Source: Candidatus Atelocyanobacterium thalassae
GTDB taxonomy: Bacteria > Cyanobacteriota > Cyanobacteriia > Cyanobacteriales > Microcystaceae
Length of the DNA stretch: 64,000 bases
Reading direction: 5' to 3'
Assembly: GCA_051971635.1 (NCBI GenBank)
Contig: JBFPLN010000004.1
Coordinates: 87,478 to 151,477 of the forward strand
Below, piece after piece: positions 10,267-21,016 of this stretch; the first letter of the stretch is position 1; each line of letters begins with the position of its first letter. The translations under genes and the position numbers were made by a program. The notes under the pieces were generated by a model, which searched no databases, was not told where the DNA came from, and saw only the letters and a list, made by a program, of their open reading frames with translations.

Positions 10267-10992
10267 TTAAGGCATTGTACTATCCTTTTTTAGTTCATGA
10301 TCATTCACTTTAGGAATGTTTTCTTCTTTCTGAGAAATACGCTTCTTTCGGTCAAACTCTAACGAATCTTCGATGGCTGTTAGCAACTGTTGCATTTTCT
10401 CTAAGTTACTACAGTATACTTCAAGATCTTTTTGTATTCTTTCTGACGAGAGTTTTAAATCATTAGCTATCTGCTCTATCGCTTTACTGTACTCTTCTTT
10501 GTTTTCTACTAAATCAGAGCTAATTTTTTCCAGCAAAGAATATAACCCGATAGCTAATAAACGACTATATTTGAACTTAGGATATTTAGCTATAGAATAA
10601 TAAGAATTCCAAAGTAACTTTTCACTAATTTCTTCTTGATTTGACCTTGTGAGATTTTCTTTAAAATCTGAAATAGATAACATTTCAGCTTCATGTAATA
10701 TAATATTTGATTCCTCTAAATACTTTTTAACATCTCCTCCAGTTGATTTACATAATGCATCAAATATTAGATCTTGATGATCGGCTGGTTGATACCCATG
10801 CATGAATTTTCTGAATAAAGTAACAACTCCCAAAGCATAAATGGGATTATATTGATAATCTGCATTTACTGATAATAAATGCATTTCTACTAGGAGCTCT
10901 TCTATAAAACGTCTATAGATAGAGCTAATTGGTCTAGTAAAAAAATTATAGAATTCACGTTTTGTATCAGAAACAGTACGAATATTATCCAC
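10267..10992 (-). CDS. psb29: Psb29/Thf1 thylakoid formation protein
   Basis: RTVSDTKREFY...RPISSIYRRFIEELLVEMHLL, FKYSRLLAIGLY. Confidence 0.92.
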   Translation of the reverse strand: MDNIRTVSDTKREFYNFFTRPISSIYRRFIEELLVEMHLLSVNADYQYNPIYALGVVTLFRKFMHGYQPADHQDLIFDALCKSTGGDVKKYLEESNIILHEAEMLSISDFKENLTRSNQEEISEKLLWNSYYSIAKYPKFKYSRLLAIGLYSLLEKISSDLVENKEEYSKAIEQIANDLKLSSERIQKDLEVYCSNLEKMQQLLTAIEDSLEFDRKKRISQKEENIPKVNDHELKKDSTMP

Positions 10993-11160
10993 GAAATAAG
11001 GTTATAAATTATTTTTAATAATGGTCTTTAGTTATTCTCTCTTGTAAAGTACTATTTTGCAAAGTAAGTAATATAAAAATTTAAATGTACTTTATTCTAA
11101 TTATCTCTAACAAAAAACAAAATTTAATACCATAAACGCGAAATTTGGTAATTATGATGT

Positions 11161-11859
11161 TCAAGAATAGATCTTCAATTCGCACTGACAAGACAATCTA
11201 CCATAGTCCAAAGAAAGCTGATTAATACAAAAATCTGGTCCCAAGTCTAATAATATCTCTTCATCTAAATAAGTATCTAATTGAGATAAACCTCTTATTT
11301 CTATTTCTTTTAGGCTAAGCTTTTGAGGTGAGATTATATTTGGTCTTAATTTAATCGTAATAGATTCGATCACTTCTGCATATAATGATGCTACTCGTAT
11401 AGTTATCTTAGAATAATCAATATGAATCTCTTTTAACTGAAAATTCATACTATTCATTTTCTCAGATAATTTAGTAAACTCTTTGTGTTCTAATAAAGTT
11501 TTCAAAAGATACTTAATACTATCTTGAAGCATTATTGATGAAATAGATGCTTTTAAACTTTCATTACTTATAGCAACTTTTCCAGATACTTTAGTATCTT
11601 GTAATAGTTTTAAAGATTTTCCTCGTAAAACTTGACCTATGTTTACACGAATATTTTCTGCTCTCAACTGAATTCCTTCTAACGATAACCCTTTATAAAT
11701 TAGTTGATGACTATCTAATAGCATTCCAGGGATATAACCACTTAAGATTTGATAATCGCTACCTTCGATTAATAAATCTAAAGCTTCTGTTTTTTCAACT
11801 TGTGAATTTAACCAAAGCTTTAAAGCAGGAGTTAATATTTTTGTAATAATTTTGCTCAT
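11161..11859 (-). CDS. DUF2993 (LmeA-like) family protein
   Basis: KILTPALKLWLNSQVEK..L...I.GSD.QILSG.IP pattern typical of cyanobacterial members. Confidence 0.65.
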   Translation of the reverse strand: MSKIITKILTPALKLWLNSQVEKTEALDLLIEGSDYQILSGYIPGMLLDSHQLIYKGLSLEGIQLRAENIRVNIGQVLRGKSLKLLQDTKVSGKVAISNESLKASISSIMLQDSIKYLLKTLLEHKEFTKLSEKMNSMNFQLKEIHIDYSKITIRVASLYAEVIESITIKLRPNIISPQKLSLKEIEIRGLSQLDTYLDEEILLDLGPDFCINQLSLDYGRLSCQCELKIYS

Positions 11860-12149
11860 ATTAAATATCTTGGTTAAACAGTTAATTTGTTATTTTATAG
11901 ATCTTCGCTATGTTAACCTTAGTTAGATTTTTTTGTAAGATTTCAAGTTTAATAATTTGACTTTCAATTGATTTTTTGTGTTGACTGTTATTTAGAGGTT
12001 ATGGAAAAATATTAAGTTCTGTAAATTCTGTCTATATGTACACATATTTAATACTTAATGATATTGGTAATTTCAGAGACATAAGAAACAACATCAAACA
12101 ATCATCTTATTTTAGAAATCACCGAAAAACTAATCATAAAATTAATTAT

Positions 12150-13127
12150 ATGAAAAATAATAATAAAGAAAATTTCTTAAGTATTGCACCGATGATGGAT
12201 CGAACAGATCGTCATTTTCGTTATTTTATGAGACAAATTACTAGGCATACATTACTGTATACAGAAATGATATCTACAGCAGCTATTAAAAATGGTAATA
12301 AATCAAAACTTTTAGATTTTTCTTCAGAAGAAAAGCCCTTGTCATTACAATTAGGAGGTAATGATCCCTACATACTAGCTGATTGCGCAGTAATTGCAGA
12401 AGACTGGGGATATGACGAAGTAAATTTAAATGTTGGATGTCCTAGCAATAGAGTGCAAGATGGACGTTTCGGAGCTTGTTTAATGGCTGAACCAGAATTA
12501 ATAGCTAAGTCAGTTGAAAAGATGCAAAAGTTAGTCAATATACCAATCACAGTAAAACATAGAATTGGTATTGATGAGCATGATCATTACGACAATTTAA
12601 AATATTTTGTACGTATAGTCTCAGAAGCTGGATGTGAAAGATTTACTGTACATGCCCGTAAAGCTTGGTTAAAAGGCTTAAGTCCAAAAGAAAATCGTAA
12701 TATTCCTCCTTTAAGATATGAAGATGTCTATCGTCTTAAAAAAGATTTTTCTCATCTTACTATTGAAATTAATGGAGGAATTATTAGTTTAGAACAGGTA
12801 AATGAACACTTACAATTTGTTGATTCTGTTATGTTAGGAAGAGTAGCTTACGATAATCCCTATTTACTTGCTACAGTAGACCAGACTTTTTATAAAAGTA
12901 ATACCATACCATTAACCCGTTATCAAATTATAGAAAAAATATTGCCATACATAGAGTATTGGACAAGTCACGGTCTAAAATTACATAATATTACTAGGCA
13001 CCTTTTGGCACTATTTGTAAGTATATCTGGAACGAAAGAATGGAAAAAATATATTGGTGAAAATTCTCATTTTATTGGTCAAGATTCTAAGACTATTATT
13101 TATGCATTAGGTAAAGTAAAAAGCTAA
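12150..13127 (+). CDS. dusA: tRNA dihydrouridine(20/20a) synthase; likely start 12150 (ORF track starts at 12036)
   Basis: SIAPMMDRTDRHFRY, NLNVGCPS, VKHRIGID, VHARKAWLKGLSPKENR. Confidence 0.92.
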   Translation: MKNNNKENFLSIAPMMDRTDRHFRYFMRQITRHTLLYTEMISTAAIKNGNKSKLLDFSSEEKPLSLQLGGNDPYILADCAVIAEDWGYDEVNLNVGCPSNRVQDGRFGACLMAEPELIAKSVEKMQKLVNIPITVKHRIGIDEHDHYDNLKYFVRIVSEAGCERFTVHARKAWLKGLSPKENRNIPPLRYEDVYRLKKDFSHLTIEINGGIISLEQVNEHLQFVDSVMLGRVAYDNPYLLATVDQTFYKSNTIPLTRYQIIEKILPYIEYWTSHGLKLHNITRHLLALFVSISGTKEWKKYIGENSHFIGQDSKTIIYALGKVKS

Positions 13128-13670
13128 CTTTTTCACGGCTTTAGCTACAAAATTATATATTTAGCAGTAAATTTCCATATTTTAATCCTTCACTGATTAA
13201 AAATACATTTTTTAGAAGGTGTTATTGTTATCATGGTTAGCTAAATACCATGACATTCAACAACTTATTTTTTTATAAAAGTAATTCTTAAAATCAGATA
13301 GGTAATTTAATTACCTCAAAAGTTTTCAACTAGTTTAATACCTAATTTAGAACTATAAAAAATATCCATTTTCTGTTTTTAAGATCTTAAATAAAATGGT
13401 TCTTAAATCATTTCTATTAGAAATAAGAAAATTTATATATTTTTATTAGAAATTCAATTTGCAAAAAAATTAGTATTAATTACCGATTAAATTAAACCAG
13501 TAATTAATACTTAGATTATTGCTTTTGGATTTTATATTTCGACTTATAAGTCTTAACTATTTTTTATTCAATAAATAGTTGTCTTAATTTACTATAAAAA
13601 ATAGTATTTCTAACAAAGTATTAAGAACAACACCCAATAAATTCTATATACAAATTTTAAGATCATCCAT

Positions 13671-14381
13671 TTAAAAAGATTTCGGTTGATGACGAATTAA
13701 ATTAAGAAACTCTTCTCGAGTTCTTTGATCTTCATTAAATTTGCCGATCATTGTACTAGTTATGGTCCAAGATCCAGGCTTTTGGACCCCTCGCATTACC
13801 ATACACATATGACTTGCTTCCATAAGAACCGCAACACCACGTGGCTCTAAAGTTTCTTGAATAGCATTAGCAATTTGGCTAGTCAAACGCTCCTGTACTT
13901 GTAAACGACGTGAATACATTTCTACAATTCTAGCTAACTTACTTAATCCGATTACTTTATTGTTAGGAATGTAAGCAACATGAGCACGTCCCATAAATGG
14001 CAACATGTGATGTTCACATAAACTGAAAAAGTTAATGTCTCTTATTAGAACCATCTCATTGTGTCCTTCATCAAAGATGGCTTCATTAACTAATTCAGCC
14101 AGCGACTGATCATAACCTCCTGTGAGAAATTTCATAGAAGCTGCAACACGATGTGGAGTTTTTAATAGTCCTTCACGATTAGGATCTTCTCCTAGTGCTT
14201 CAAGAATAGAATAAATAGCATCTTCTATTTTTTTTGTATTTATATCTAGATTTTTTGAATCTGTAGATTTTTGTTTGTTGTGATTATCTTGAGTATTAGT
14301 CTGATCAACTAAATCGGAATTAAGGTTATTAGAACTATTTGATTTAGAAGAATTGAATTCGTTAGAAAAATCTCTTGTCAT
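13671..14381 (-). CDS. folE: GTP cyclohydrolase I
   Basis: [46 protein letters not shown]. Confidence 0.96.
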   Translation of the reverse strand: MTRDFSNEFNSSKSNSSNNLNSDLVDQTNTQDNHNKQKSTDSKNLDINTKKIEDAIYSILEALGEDPNREGLLKTPHRVAASMKFLTGGYDQSLAELVNEAIFDEGHNEMVLIRDINFFSLCEHHMLPFMGRAHVAYIPNNKVIGLSKLARIVEMYSRRLQVQERLTSQIANAIQETLEPRGVAVLMEASHMCMVMRGVQKPGSWTITSTMIGKFNEDQRTREEFLNLIRHQPKSF

Positions 14382-14408
14382 GGTTAAAGTAAAATGTTGA
14401 TTTTATTG

Positions 14409-15137
14409 TTAAAGGTTCCCACAGCTAGGTAAAATCTTTATTTCTTCAATGACAGCCCCTACTGGTAATAGTACCACCTGAAGAATGGTTTGTGCGATTA
14501 GTTCAGGAGTGAGCATAACAGTACGGTCAAAATTTTTTTGAATAGGTATTTTGTCCCATATTGACGTATTGACAGCCCCAGGGATAATTGTTGTTACACG
14601 AATACCGTTATTTCGTTCTTCTTCCGCTAGTATTTTAGAGAAAGATAAAAGTGCAGCTTTACTTACAGAATATGCCCCCCAGTTAGGGAAAATATTAATT
14701 GCTGCAGTAGAAGAAACATTGACGATAGTTCCTTTCATATGTTTTCGCATATGAGGTAGAACTCCTTTAATACATTGAAAAACACTGGTTAAGTTTAAAT
14801 CAAGTACTTTTTGCCAATCTGTTAAAGATGTTTCTCCTAAGAAATTTGTGTACCCCATACCAGCATTATTAACGATAATGTCAATACTATTAAAGTCACT
14901 AACTATTTCTTGAATCTTTATTGAGATTGTATCTAATTCGCTAAAGTCTATTACATATGGTTTGACTTTAATTCCTTCCTTTTTTGACTCTTTAGCTACA
15001 TCTTTGAGAGATTTTAAAGAGCGGCCAACTAAGGCAGTATTAATACCTGCACGAGCAAAAGCTAAACTAGTCGCTTTGCCAATACCGCTACTTGCACCAG
15101 TAATAATTGCATTTAATCCAATTGAAGAAGAACTCAT
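14409..15137 (-). CDS. Short-chain dehydrogenase/reductase, overlapping region upstream of folE; likely start 15137
   Basis: TGASSGIG, NNAG, YSVSK (YxxxK). Confidence 0.88.
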   Translation of the reverse strand: MSSSSIGLNAIITGASSGIGKATSLAFARAGINTALVGRSLKSLKDVAKESKKEGIKVKPYVIDFSELDTISIKIQEIVSDFNSIDIIVNNAGMGYTNFLGETSLTDWQKVLDLNLTSVFQCIKGVLPHMRKHMKGTIVNVSSTAAINIFPNWGAYSVSKAALLSFSKILAEEERNNGIRVTTIIPGAVNTSIWDKIPIQKNFDRTVMLTPELIAQTILQVVLLPVGAVIEEIKILPSCGNL

Positions 15138-15296
15138 AATATAATAAAGACCTTGAGCTAATTGTTCAAGATGAGTATATAAGTTAATCAAAAATGATCT
15201 TAATAACAGAATTAAAGATCAGATATGTTTAACACTTACCTAATTTTGACTGAGCTTAAAACTTCAATATCATTAAAAGTAACAATCTTTATGAAC

Positions 15297-15362
15297 TAGA
15301 AGCGAGCCAATACCTAGGGTAACAAGGATTTGTCCTAAGTCTCCCACAACTCTATAATAACA
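15297..15362 (-). promoter_or_regulatory. Putative extended -10 promoter followed by a GC-rich hairpin leader upstream of SDR-folE
   Basis: Minus strand TGtTATTAT (15362-15354), then UGGGAG-ACUUAGG-ACAA-AUCC-UUGU-UAC-CCUAGGU-AUUGGCUCG-CUUCUA. Confidence 0.45.
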
Positions 15363-15412
15363 TTTCCTATAAAATTCTGTTAACAAGTTTAAAAAACAAT
15401 TTTTTAAACTTG

Positions 15413-16408
15413 TTAACAATTTTGATAATCTGATCCTGGATCAAAAAATATACCTATCTTTCGAAATTTTTTGTATCTTAGCTCTTTTCGTGTCTCTACC
15501 GTTAAACGGGATAGTTCATCAAGATTCTGAAGTAACACTTTTTTTAAAATCACTGCAGTTTCTAATGGTTTTACATGAGCACCGCCGGAAGGCTCAGGAA
15601 TAATAGAATCAATAATATTTAATCTTTTAAGATCATTCGCTGTAATTTTAAGGGCAGTTGCAGCTTGTGAAGATTTTTTTGCGTCTTTCCAAAGAATAGC
15701 TGCACAAGCCTCAGGAGTCGCTACAGTATATACTGAGTGTTCAAGCATGAGAATTTTATCTCCTACTCCAATACCTAATGCTCCTCCTGAACCTCCTTCT
15801 CCAATAACAGTACAAATGATAGGGACATCAAAACTAAACATTTTACGAAGATTAAATGCAATCGCTTCTCCCTGTCCAAGCTTTTCAGCTTCTACACCAG
15901 CCCAGGCTCCTGGAGTATCAATAAAAGTTATAATTGGCATAGAAAATTGATTTGCATGTTCCATTAAACGAATAGCTTTACGATATCCTCCAGGCGCTGG
16001 CATGCCAAAATTTCTTGCTACATTATCTTTTGTATCTCTTCCTTTTTGATGACCAAGAATCACTATTGGACGACCTCCTAGCCGAGCAATTCCACCTACT
16101 AAAGCAGGATCATCATACCCTCCGCGATCTCCATGTAATTCTATCCATTCATCAGCAATTGATTGAATATAATCTAAAGTACTTGGACGACGAGGATGAC
16201 GAGCCAGCTGTAGACGTTGAGATGGAGTTAAACCATTAAAGATTTCTCTCCTTAAATTTTCTGCACGATTTCCAAGTTGGGTAATTTGCTCAGTAACATC
16301 TACATTGTTTTCTTTCGCCAATCTCCGAATTTGTTCAATTCGAGCTTCTAGCTCCCATAATGGCTTTTCAAAATCTAGTAAAAAGACGCGGCGCTCATTT
16401 TTATTCAT
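15413..16408 (-). CDS. accA: Acetyl-CoA carboxylase carboxyltransferase alpha subunit
   Basis: [45 protein letters not shown]. Confidence 0.97.
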   Translation of the reverse strand: MNKNERRVFLLDFEKPLWELEARIEQIRRLAKENNVDVTEQITQLGNRAENLRREIFNGLTPSQRLQLARHPRRPSTLDYIQSIADEWIELHGDRGGYDDPALVGGIARLGGRPIVILGHQKGRDTKDNVARNFGMPAPGGYRKAIRLMEHANQFSMPIITFIDTPGAWAGVEAEKLGQGEAIAFNLRKMFSFDVPIICTVIGEGGSGGALGIGVGDKILMLEHSVYTVATPEACAAILWKDAKKSSQAATALKITANDLKRLNIIDSIIPEPSGGAHVKPLETAVILKKVLLQNLDELSRLTVETRKELRYKKFRKIGIFFDPGSDYQNC

Positions 16409-16549
16409 CAGTCATTATGATAAATTAATATTCTGTGATAATTTGAGACGATAAAGATAAGAAGTAACCATAACTTCTTGAAACTCAATTAGTCCCATAA
16501 AGTTAATATTTTTATGTTACTTTTTAGTATCTAGAGATCTTTAGGATGT

Positions 16550-17053
16550 TTAAAAATTATTTAACATATTTAATATTTCCTGATAGCAAACCTTATTCTT
16601 TTGCTGATAGCATAGCATTTTTGCAGTTTTCAAATCAGTAATTGCCTCTCTTAAATGTCCTAATTTATAAGATAAGTTAGCTCTTGCTATATATATATCT
16701 ACCATATTACTGTTAAGTTCTATAGCTTTATTAAAATCGGCAACTGCACTTATATTATGATTGATTTTTTCATAAGCAATCCCGCGATTATAATAAGCTT
16801 CTACTTCATGAGGGCTTAAATGAATGACTTTCGTAAAATTAATAATGGCTTTTTGGTAATCTCCTTGAATACCTTTTTCCATTCCTTGTATTAAGATTTT
16901 ATTTAGAAAAGTATTTGAAAGATAATTTTGAGAGATTAAAGTAAATGCTGATGCCGATAGAGAAGTTACAGGATGAATTAAGATAAATACAGATAAAAGC
17001 TGTACAAGATGAAAATATGAAAATAGTTTTCTTTTCCTAGATAAATACAACAT
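16550..17053 (-). CDS. TPR-repeat protein with N-terminal signal/TM segment
   Basis: GDYQKAIINFTKVI, AYYNRGIAY, AVADFNKAIELN TPR units. Confidence 0.8.
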   Translation of the reverse strand: MLYLSRKRKLFSYFHLVQLLSVFILIHPVTSLSASAFTLISQNYLSNTFLNKILIQGMEKGIQGDYQKAIINFTKVIHLSPHEVEAYYNRGIAYEKINHNISAVADFNKAIELNSNMVDIYIARANLSYKLGHLREAITDLKTAKMLCYQQKNKVCYQEILNMLNNF

Positions 17054-17296
17054 TGCTTTGATAATCGTTATTTTAGTTATTGGTATAACAAAATTTTCAA
17101 TTAATCGACAAGATTTTAGTTTTTTCCCCTTTGTTTATTTCGACTATAAAGAAAAAGTTTTATGATAAGAGAAGATAAGTTATAGATGTTTCTCTTTATG
17201 TAAAGAAAATATATAAATAAGAATTTTAATCTTAATATCTATAATTTACTTAAATCAATACTTCATTATTTTACTCAATAGGAGATATCACAATCT

Positions 17297-18859
17297 TTGT
17301 TAATTTTTGATTTTTCATGGTTATCAGAAATGATTAATTCTAGCGATATAAGTTTTCCAATAAAGCAAAAAATCTTAATCTTTTTCATGATGCAAATCTC
17401 ATTTTTTAGGCAGTTCCGCTTGATATCACTTATTTTAATCACTATTTTATTTATTGTTTTGATTGTTCGATTACCTGTTATGGCTGAAACTCCAACGAAT
17501 TATAAAGAATTAGAATTTCCTCCTTTATCGAACATTTCTTTGCCAGACTATGAACGTTATGAATTAGAAAATGGGATGGTAGTCTATCTCATGGAAGACC
17601 ATCAATTACCTTTAATTAAAGGTAATGCTTTAATTAAGGTGGGATCGCGTATTGAACCAGAAGATAAAATTGGATTGGCCGACATTACTGGAGCTATGAT
17701 GCGTTTGGGGGGCACAGTAGAGCACCCTGCTGGTGAATTAAACGAACTTTTAGAACAAAGAGCTGCAAAAGTTGAAGTCAGTATTAATACACATTCGGGA
17801 AATGCAGCATTTAATTCTTTAAGTAAAGATATTGAAATAGTATTTGATCTCTTTTCTCAAGTTTTAAAAGAGCCAGCCTTTGATTCTCAACAATTAATTC
17901 TGACTAAAACTCAGTTACAGGGGCAAATCGCTCGCCGTAATGATAATCCAGGAGATATTGCTAATAGAGAATTACATAAGCTTATTTATGGCGAAAGCAG
18001 TCCTTATGCCCGTACCATAGAGTATGACACTTTAAATAACATTAGTCTTAGCGATGTTATTTCTTTTCATCAAAAATATATTCGCCCAGAAAGTCTGATA
18101 TTAGGGATTGTAGGAGATTTTGATTCGAAAGAAATGAGGAAATTAATCCAAAATAAGTTTGGAAATTGGAAATCTTCTGCTACAAAACCTGAAATAACTA
18201 TTCCTCAAGCATATCAAATTAACAAGAATGAGTTATTTTTTGTTGATCAGCCTCATTTAAATCAAAGTAATGTGTTATTGGGACACTTAGGAGGTAAATT
18301 AGATAGTCCAGATTACCCAGTTTTAAGTGTTATAAATGGTCTGCTTAACGGTTTTGGAGGACGCCTGTTTAATAATCTGAGATCTCGCCAAGGTCTAGCT
18401 TATACCGTATATGGTTATTGGAATGCAGCTTATGATTATCCTGGAATCTTTTTAGCTGGAGGTCAAACCTCTTCTGAAACAACAGTACAATTTATAGAAT
18501 CTTTAATGGCAGAGGTAGAATTACTTAGAAATCAGCCTATAGAGGAGGATGAACTAGCATATGCAAAAGAATCTATTCTCAATTCTTTCGTATTTAAATT
18601 TGAAAATCCTAGTCAAACTCTATCTCGTTTATTAACCTATGAATATTATGGATATCCAGAGGACTTTATTTTTAAATATCAAGATGGAATTAAGAAAACT
18701 ACTATGAAGGATATTCAAAGAGTTGCTGAACAATATTTAAAACCAGAAAATACAGTAATTTTAGTAGTTGGTAATAAAGAAAATATTTACTCTTCTCTTT
18801 CTAAACTAAAGAAAGATATAAACAGTGTTGATGTTACTATACCTAGTTCAAATAAATAA
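17297..18859 (+). CDS. M16 family peptidase, non-catalytic-type subunit, probably exported; true start probably near 17387
   Basis: LENGMVVYL.EDH.LP, GRLFNNLRSRQGLAY; HxxEH position reads ADITG. Confidence 0.85.
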   Translation: MLIFDFSWLSEMINSSDISFPIKQKILIFFMMQISFFRQFRLISLILITILFIVLIVRLPVMAETPTNYKELEFPPLSNISLPDYERYELENGMVVYLMEDHQLPLIKGNALIKVGSRIEPEDKIGLADITGAMMRLGGTVEHPAGELNELLEQRAAKVEVSINTHSGNAAFNSLSKDIEIVFDLFSQVLKEPAFDSQQLILTKTQLQGQIARRNDNPGDIANRELHKLIYGESSPYARTIEYDTLNNISLSDVISFHQKYIRPESLILGIVGDFDSKEMRKLIQNKFGNWKSSATKPEITIPQAYQINKNELFFVDQPHLNQSNVLLGHLGGKLDSPDYPVLSVINGLLNGFGGRLFNNLRSRQGLAYTVYGYWNAAYDYPGIFLAGGQTSSETTVQFIESLMAEVELLRNQPIEEDELAYAKESILNSFVFKFENPSQTLSRLLTYEYYGYPEDFIFKYQDGIKKTTMKDIQRVAEQYLKPENTVILVVGNKENIYSSLSKLKKDINSVDVTIPSSNK

Positions 18860-18925
18860 TTAAATCATTAATTTGATGAAGTAATTAACACTTCCTCAAA
18901 ACTATATTTTCCATTAGAAATTAAA

Positions 18926-18959
18926 AAACAAAAAGAGGGTAGAAAACCTCTTTTTGTTT
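18926..18959. terminator. Bidirectional terminator between convergent M16 gene and ndhF
   Basis: AAACAAAAAGAGG/CCTCTTTTTGTTT 13-bp stem with A/T tracts. Confidence 0.75.
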
Positions 18960-18985
18960 CTGAAAATATTGAAATCTAATTATCT

Positions 18986-21016
18986 TCAAGTTGCGCTGGA
19001 AACAATTACAAATCCTAAAACTGCTCCAAAAAGAACTAGAGCATAGAATTGAACTCTTCCACTTTCAAAGTATTTAAGACCTTCTCCACTTACTAAAGTT
19101 GCTAATCCTGTTAAATTAACAACTCCATCAATGACCCGATAATCGACCTCCATAATTTGGCGGGCTAATCGGCGACATCCTACTACAAAGACTTGATTAT
19201 ATATATCGTCAAAATACCATTTGTTTAGAGAAAGCTGGTATAGAGTAGGATATTTTTCTGCAACAGTATTTGGATCAAATTTATTTTGTAAATACATTAA
19301 AAATGCTACTAAAATACCGATACTTGCTATTCCAACTGATGCTCCAGCCATAATAGCAAATTCAGTCCAATTAAAATGAACCATTTGCTCAACGACTTCT
19401 CCAGGAGCATGAATAAATCCCTCAAAGCTATTATTCCAAGGTCTACCTAGTATCCCGATAATTGTTGAAGGAATAGCTAAAGTTAACAATGGGAAAGTCA
19501 TTGTTAGAGGCGATTCATGCGGTAAGCTACTACCATGACTATGATTTGTAGAATGATGTTCTGAGTCGCCATCATGAGTTGCTTCTGATTCTGAAGTAGC
19601 AGTAGATAATAGTTTTGTACGAATCGTCATATCATTTCCTTTAAAATTACCTTCAAAGGTCATGAAATACATTCTGAACATGTAAAAAGCTGTTATTCCT
19701 GCTGTTAGCCATCCAACTAGCCATAAAAGAGGATTTGATTGATAAGCTAATCCCAATATTTCGTCTTTAGACCAAAAACCAGCAAATGGAGGAATACCAC
19801 AAATAGCAAGGGTACCAACTAAAAAGGCTAAAGATGTAAAAGGCATATATTTTCTAAGCCCTCCCATTAAACGCATATCTTGGGCTAATACAGCGTTATG
19901 TCCCACAACACCTTCCATCCCATGAATGACAGATCCAGAACACAAGAATAACATGGCTTTAAAATAAGCATGAGTCATTAAGTGAAATAGTCCAGCACTA
20001 TAAGCACCAATACCCATCGCCATAACCATATATCCTAATTGAGACATAGTTGAATAAGCTAATCCCTTTTTAATATCATTTTGAGTAATTGCAATAGTTG
20101 CTCCTATAAATGAAGTGACTGCTCCTGTCCAAGCTATTATTGTCATTAATGTAGGAATGTGCTCAAATACTGGATACATTCTTGCTACTAAGAATACTCC
20201 TGCTGCTACCATAGTTGCTGCATGGATAAGAGCAGAAATTGGTGTAGGTCCTTCCATAGCATCAGGCAACCAGACATGAAGTGGAAACTGAGCTGATTTT
20301 GCCACTGGACCTAAAAATACAAGTATTCCAAATATTGTAATAAGTGTTGGAGAAATCATATTTGAAGAGATTAGTTCTTCTAAACGCTGTCCCATTAGAT
20401 CAAACTCAAAAGTTCGTGTTGCCCAATATAGACCCAGCATACCTAAAAGTAAACCAAAATCTCCAACACGGTTAGTAACAAAAGCTTTTTGGCAAGCATT
20501 GGCAGCTCCTGGACGGTCAAACCAAAAACCAATTAGTAGGTAAGAAGACATACCTACTAGCTCCCAAAAAACATAAATTTGTACTAAATTAGGACTGATA
20601 ACTAGTCCTAACATGGAAGCGCTAAAAATACTTAAATAAGCATAAAAGCGTACATATCCTGGGTCATGAGCCATATAACCATCTGTATAAATCATCACCA
20701 AAAAAGCTACAGTAGTTACAATGACACACATTAGAGAACTAAGATGGTCAAGTGTATAGCCCATTTCTAAGTGAAATTTTCCAGATGCAGCCCATTCGAA
20801 CATCTGATTATATTCTCCATGACCTTGAATTTGACTCCATAGAAGAACAAATGATAAAACCATGGATGTGCCTAACAGAGAAATAATGATCGCTGCATTG
20901 ATTTGTCTAAGGCTATTGGTAACTTGATTGAAGGTGATTAAACCCAAGCCAACTATTATTGCCCCTAAAAGAGGTAAAGTGGGAATTAGCCAGGCGTATT
21001 GATAAAGGGGTTCCAT
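18986..21016 (-). CDS. ndhF: NAD(P)H-quinone oxidoreductase subunit 5 (NdhF1)
   Basis: MEPLYQYAWLIP, YTDGYMAHD, FWELVG, KSAQFPLHVWLPDAMEGPTPISALIHAATMV. Confidence 0.96.
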   Translation of the reverse strand: MEPLYQYAWLIPTLPLLGAIIVGLGLITFNQVTNSLRQINAAIIISLLGTSMVLSFVLLWSQIQGHGEYNQMFEWAASGKFHLEMGYTLDHLSSLMCVIVTTVAFLVMIYTDGYMAHDPGYVRFYAYLSIFSASMLGLVISPNLVQIYVFWELVGMSSYLLIGFWFDRPGAANACQKAFVTNRVGDFGLLLGMLGLYWATRTFEFDLMGQRLEELISSNMISPTLITIFGILVFLGPVAKSAQFPLHVWLPDAMEGPTPISALIHAATMVAAGVFLVARMYPVFEHIPTLMTIIAWTGAVTSFIGATIAITQNDIKKGLAYSTMSQLGYMVMAMGIGAYSAGLFHLMTHAYFKAMLFLCSGSVIHGMEGVVGHNAVLAQDMRLMGGLRKYMPFTSLAFLVGTLAICGIPPFAGFWSKDEILGLAYQSNPLLWLVGWLTAGITAFYMFRMYFMTFEGNFKGNDMTIRTKLLSTATSESEATHDGDSEHHSTNHSHGSSLPHESPLTMTFPLLTLAIPSTIIGILGRPWNNSFEGFIHAPGEVVEQMVHFNWTEFAIMAGASVGIASIGILVAFLMYLQNKFDPNTVAEKYPTLYQLSLNKWYFDDIYNQVFVVGCRRLARQIMEVDYRVIDGVVNLTGLATLVSGEGLKYFESGRVQFYALVLFGAVLGFVIVSSAT

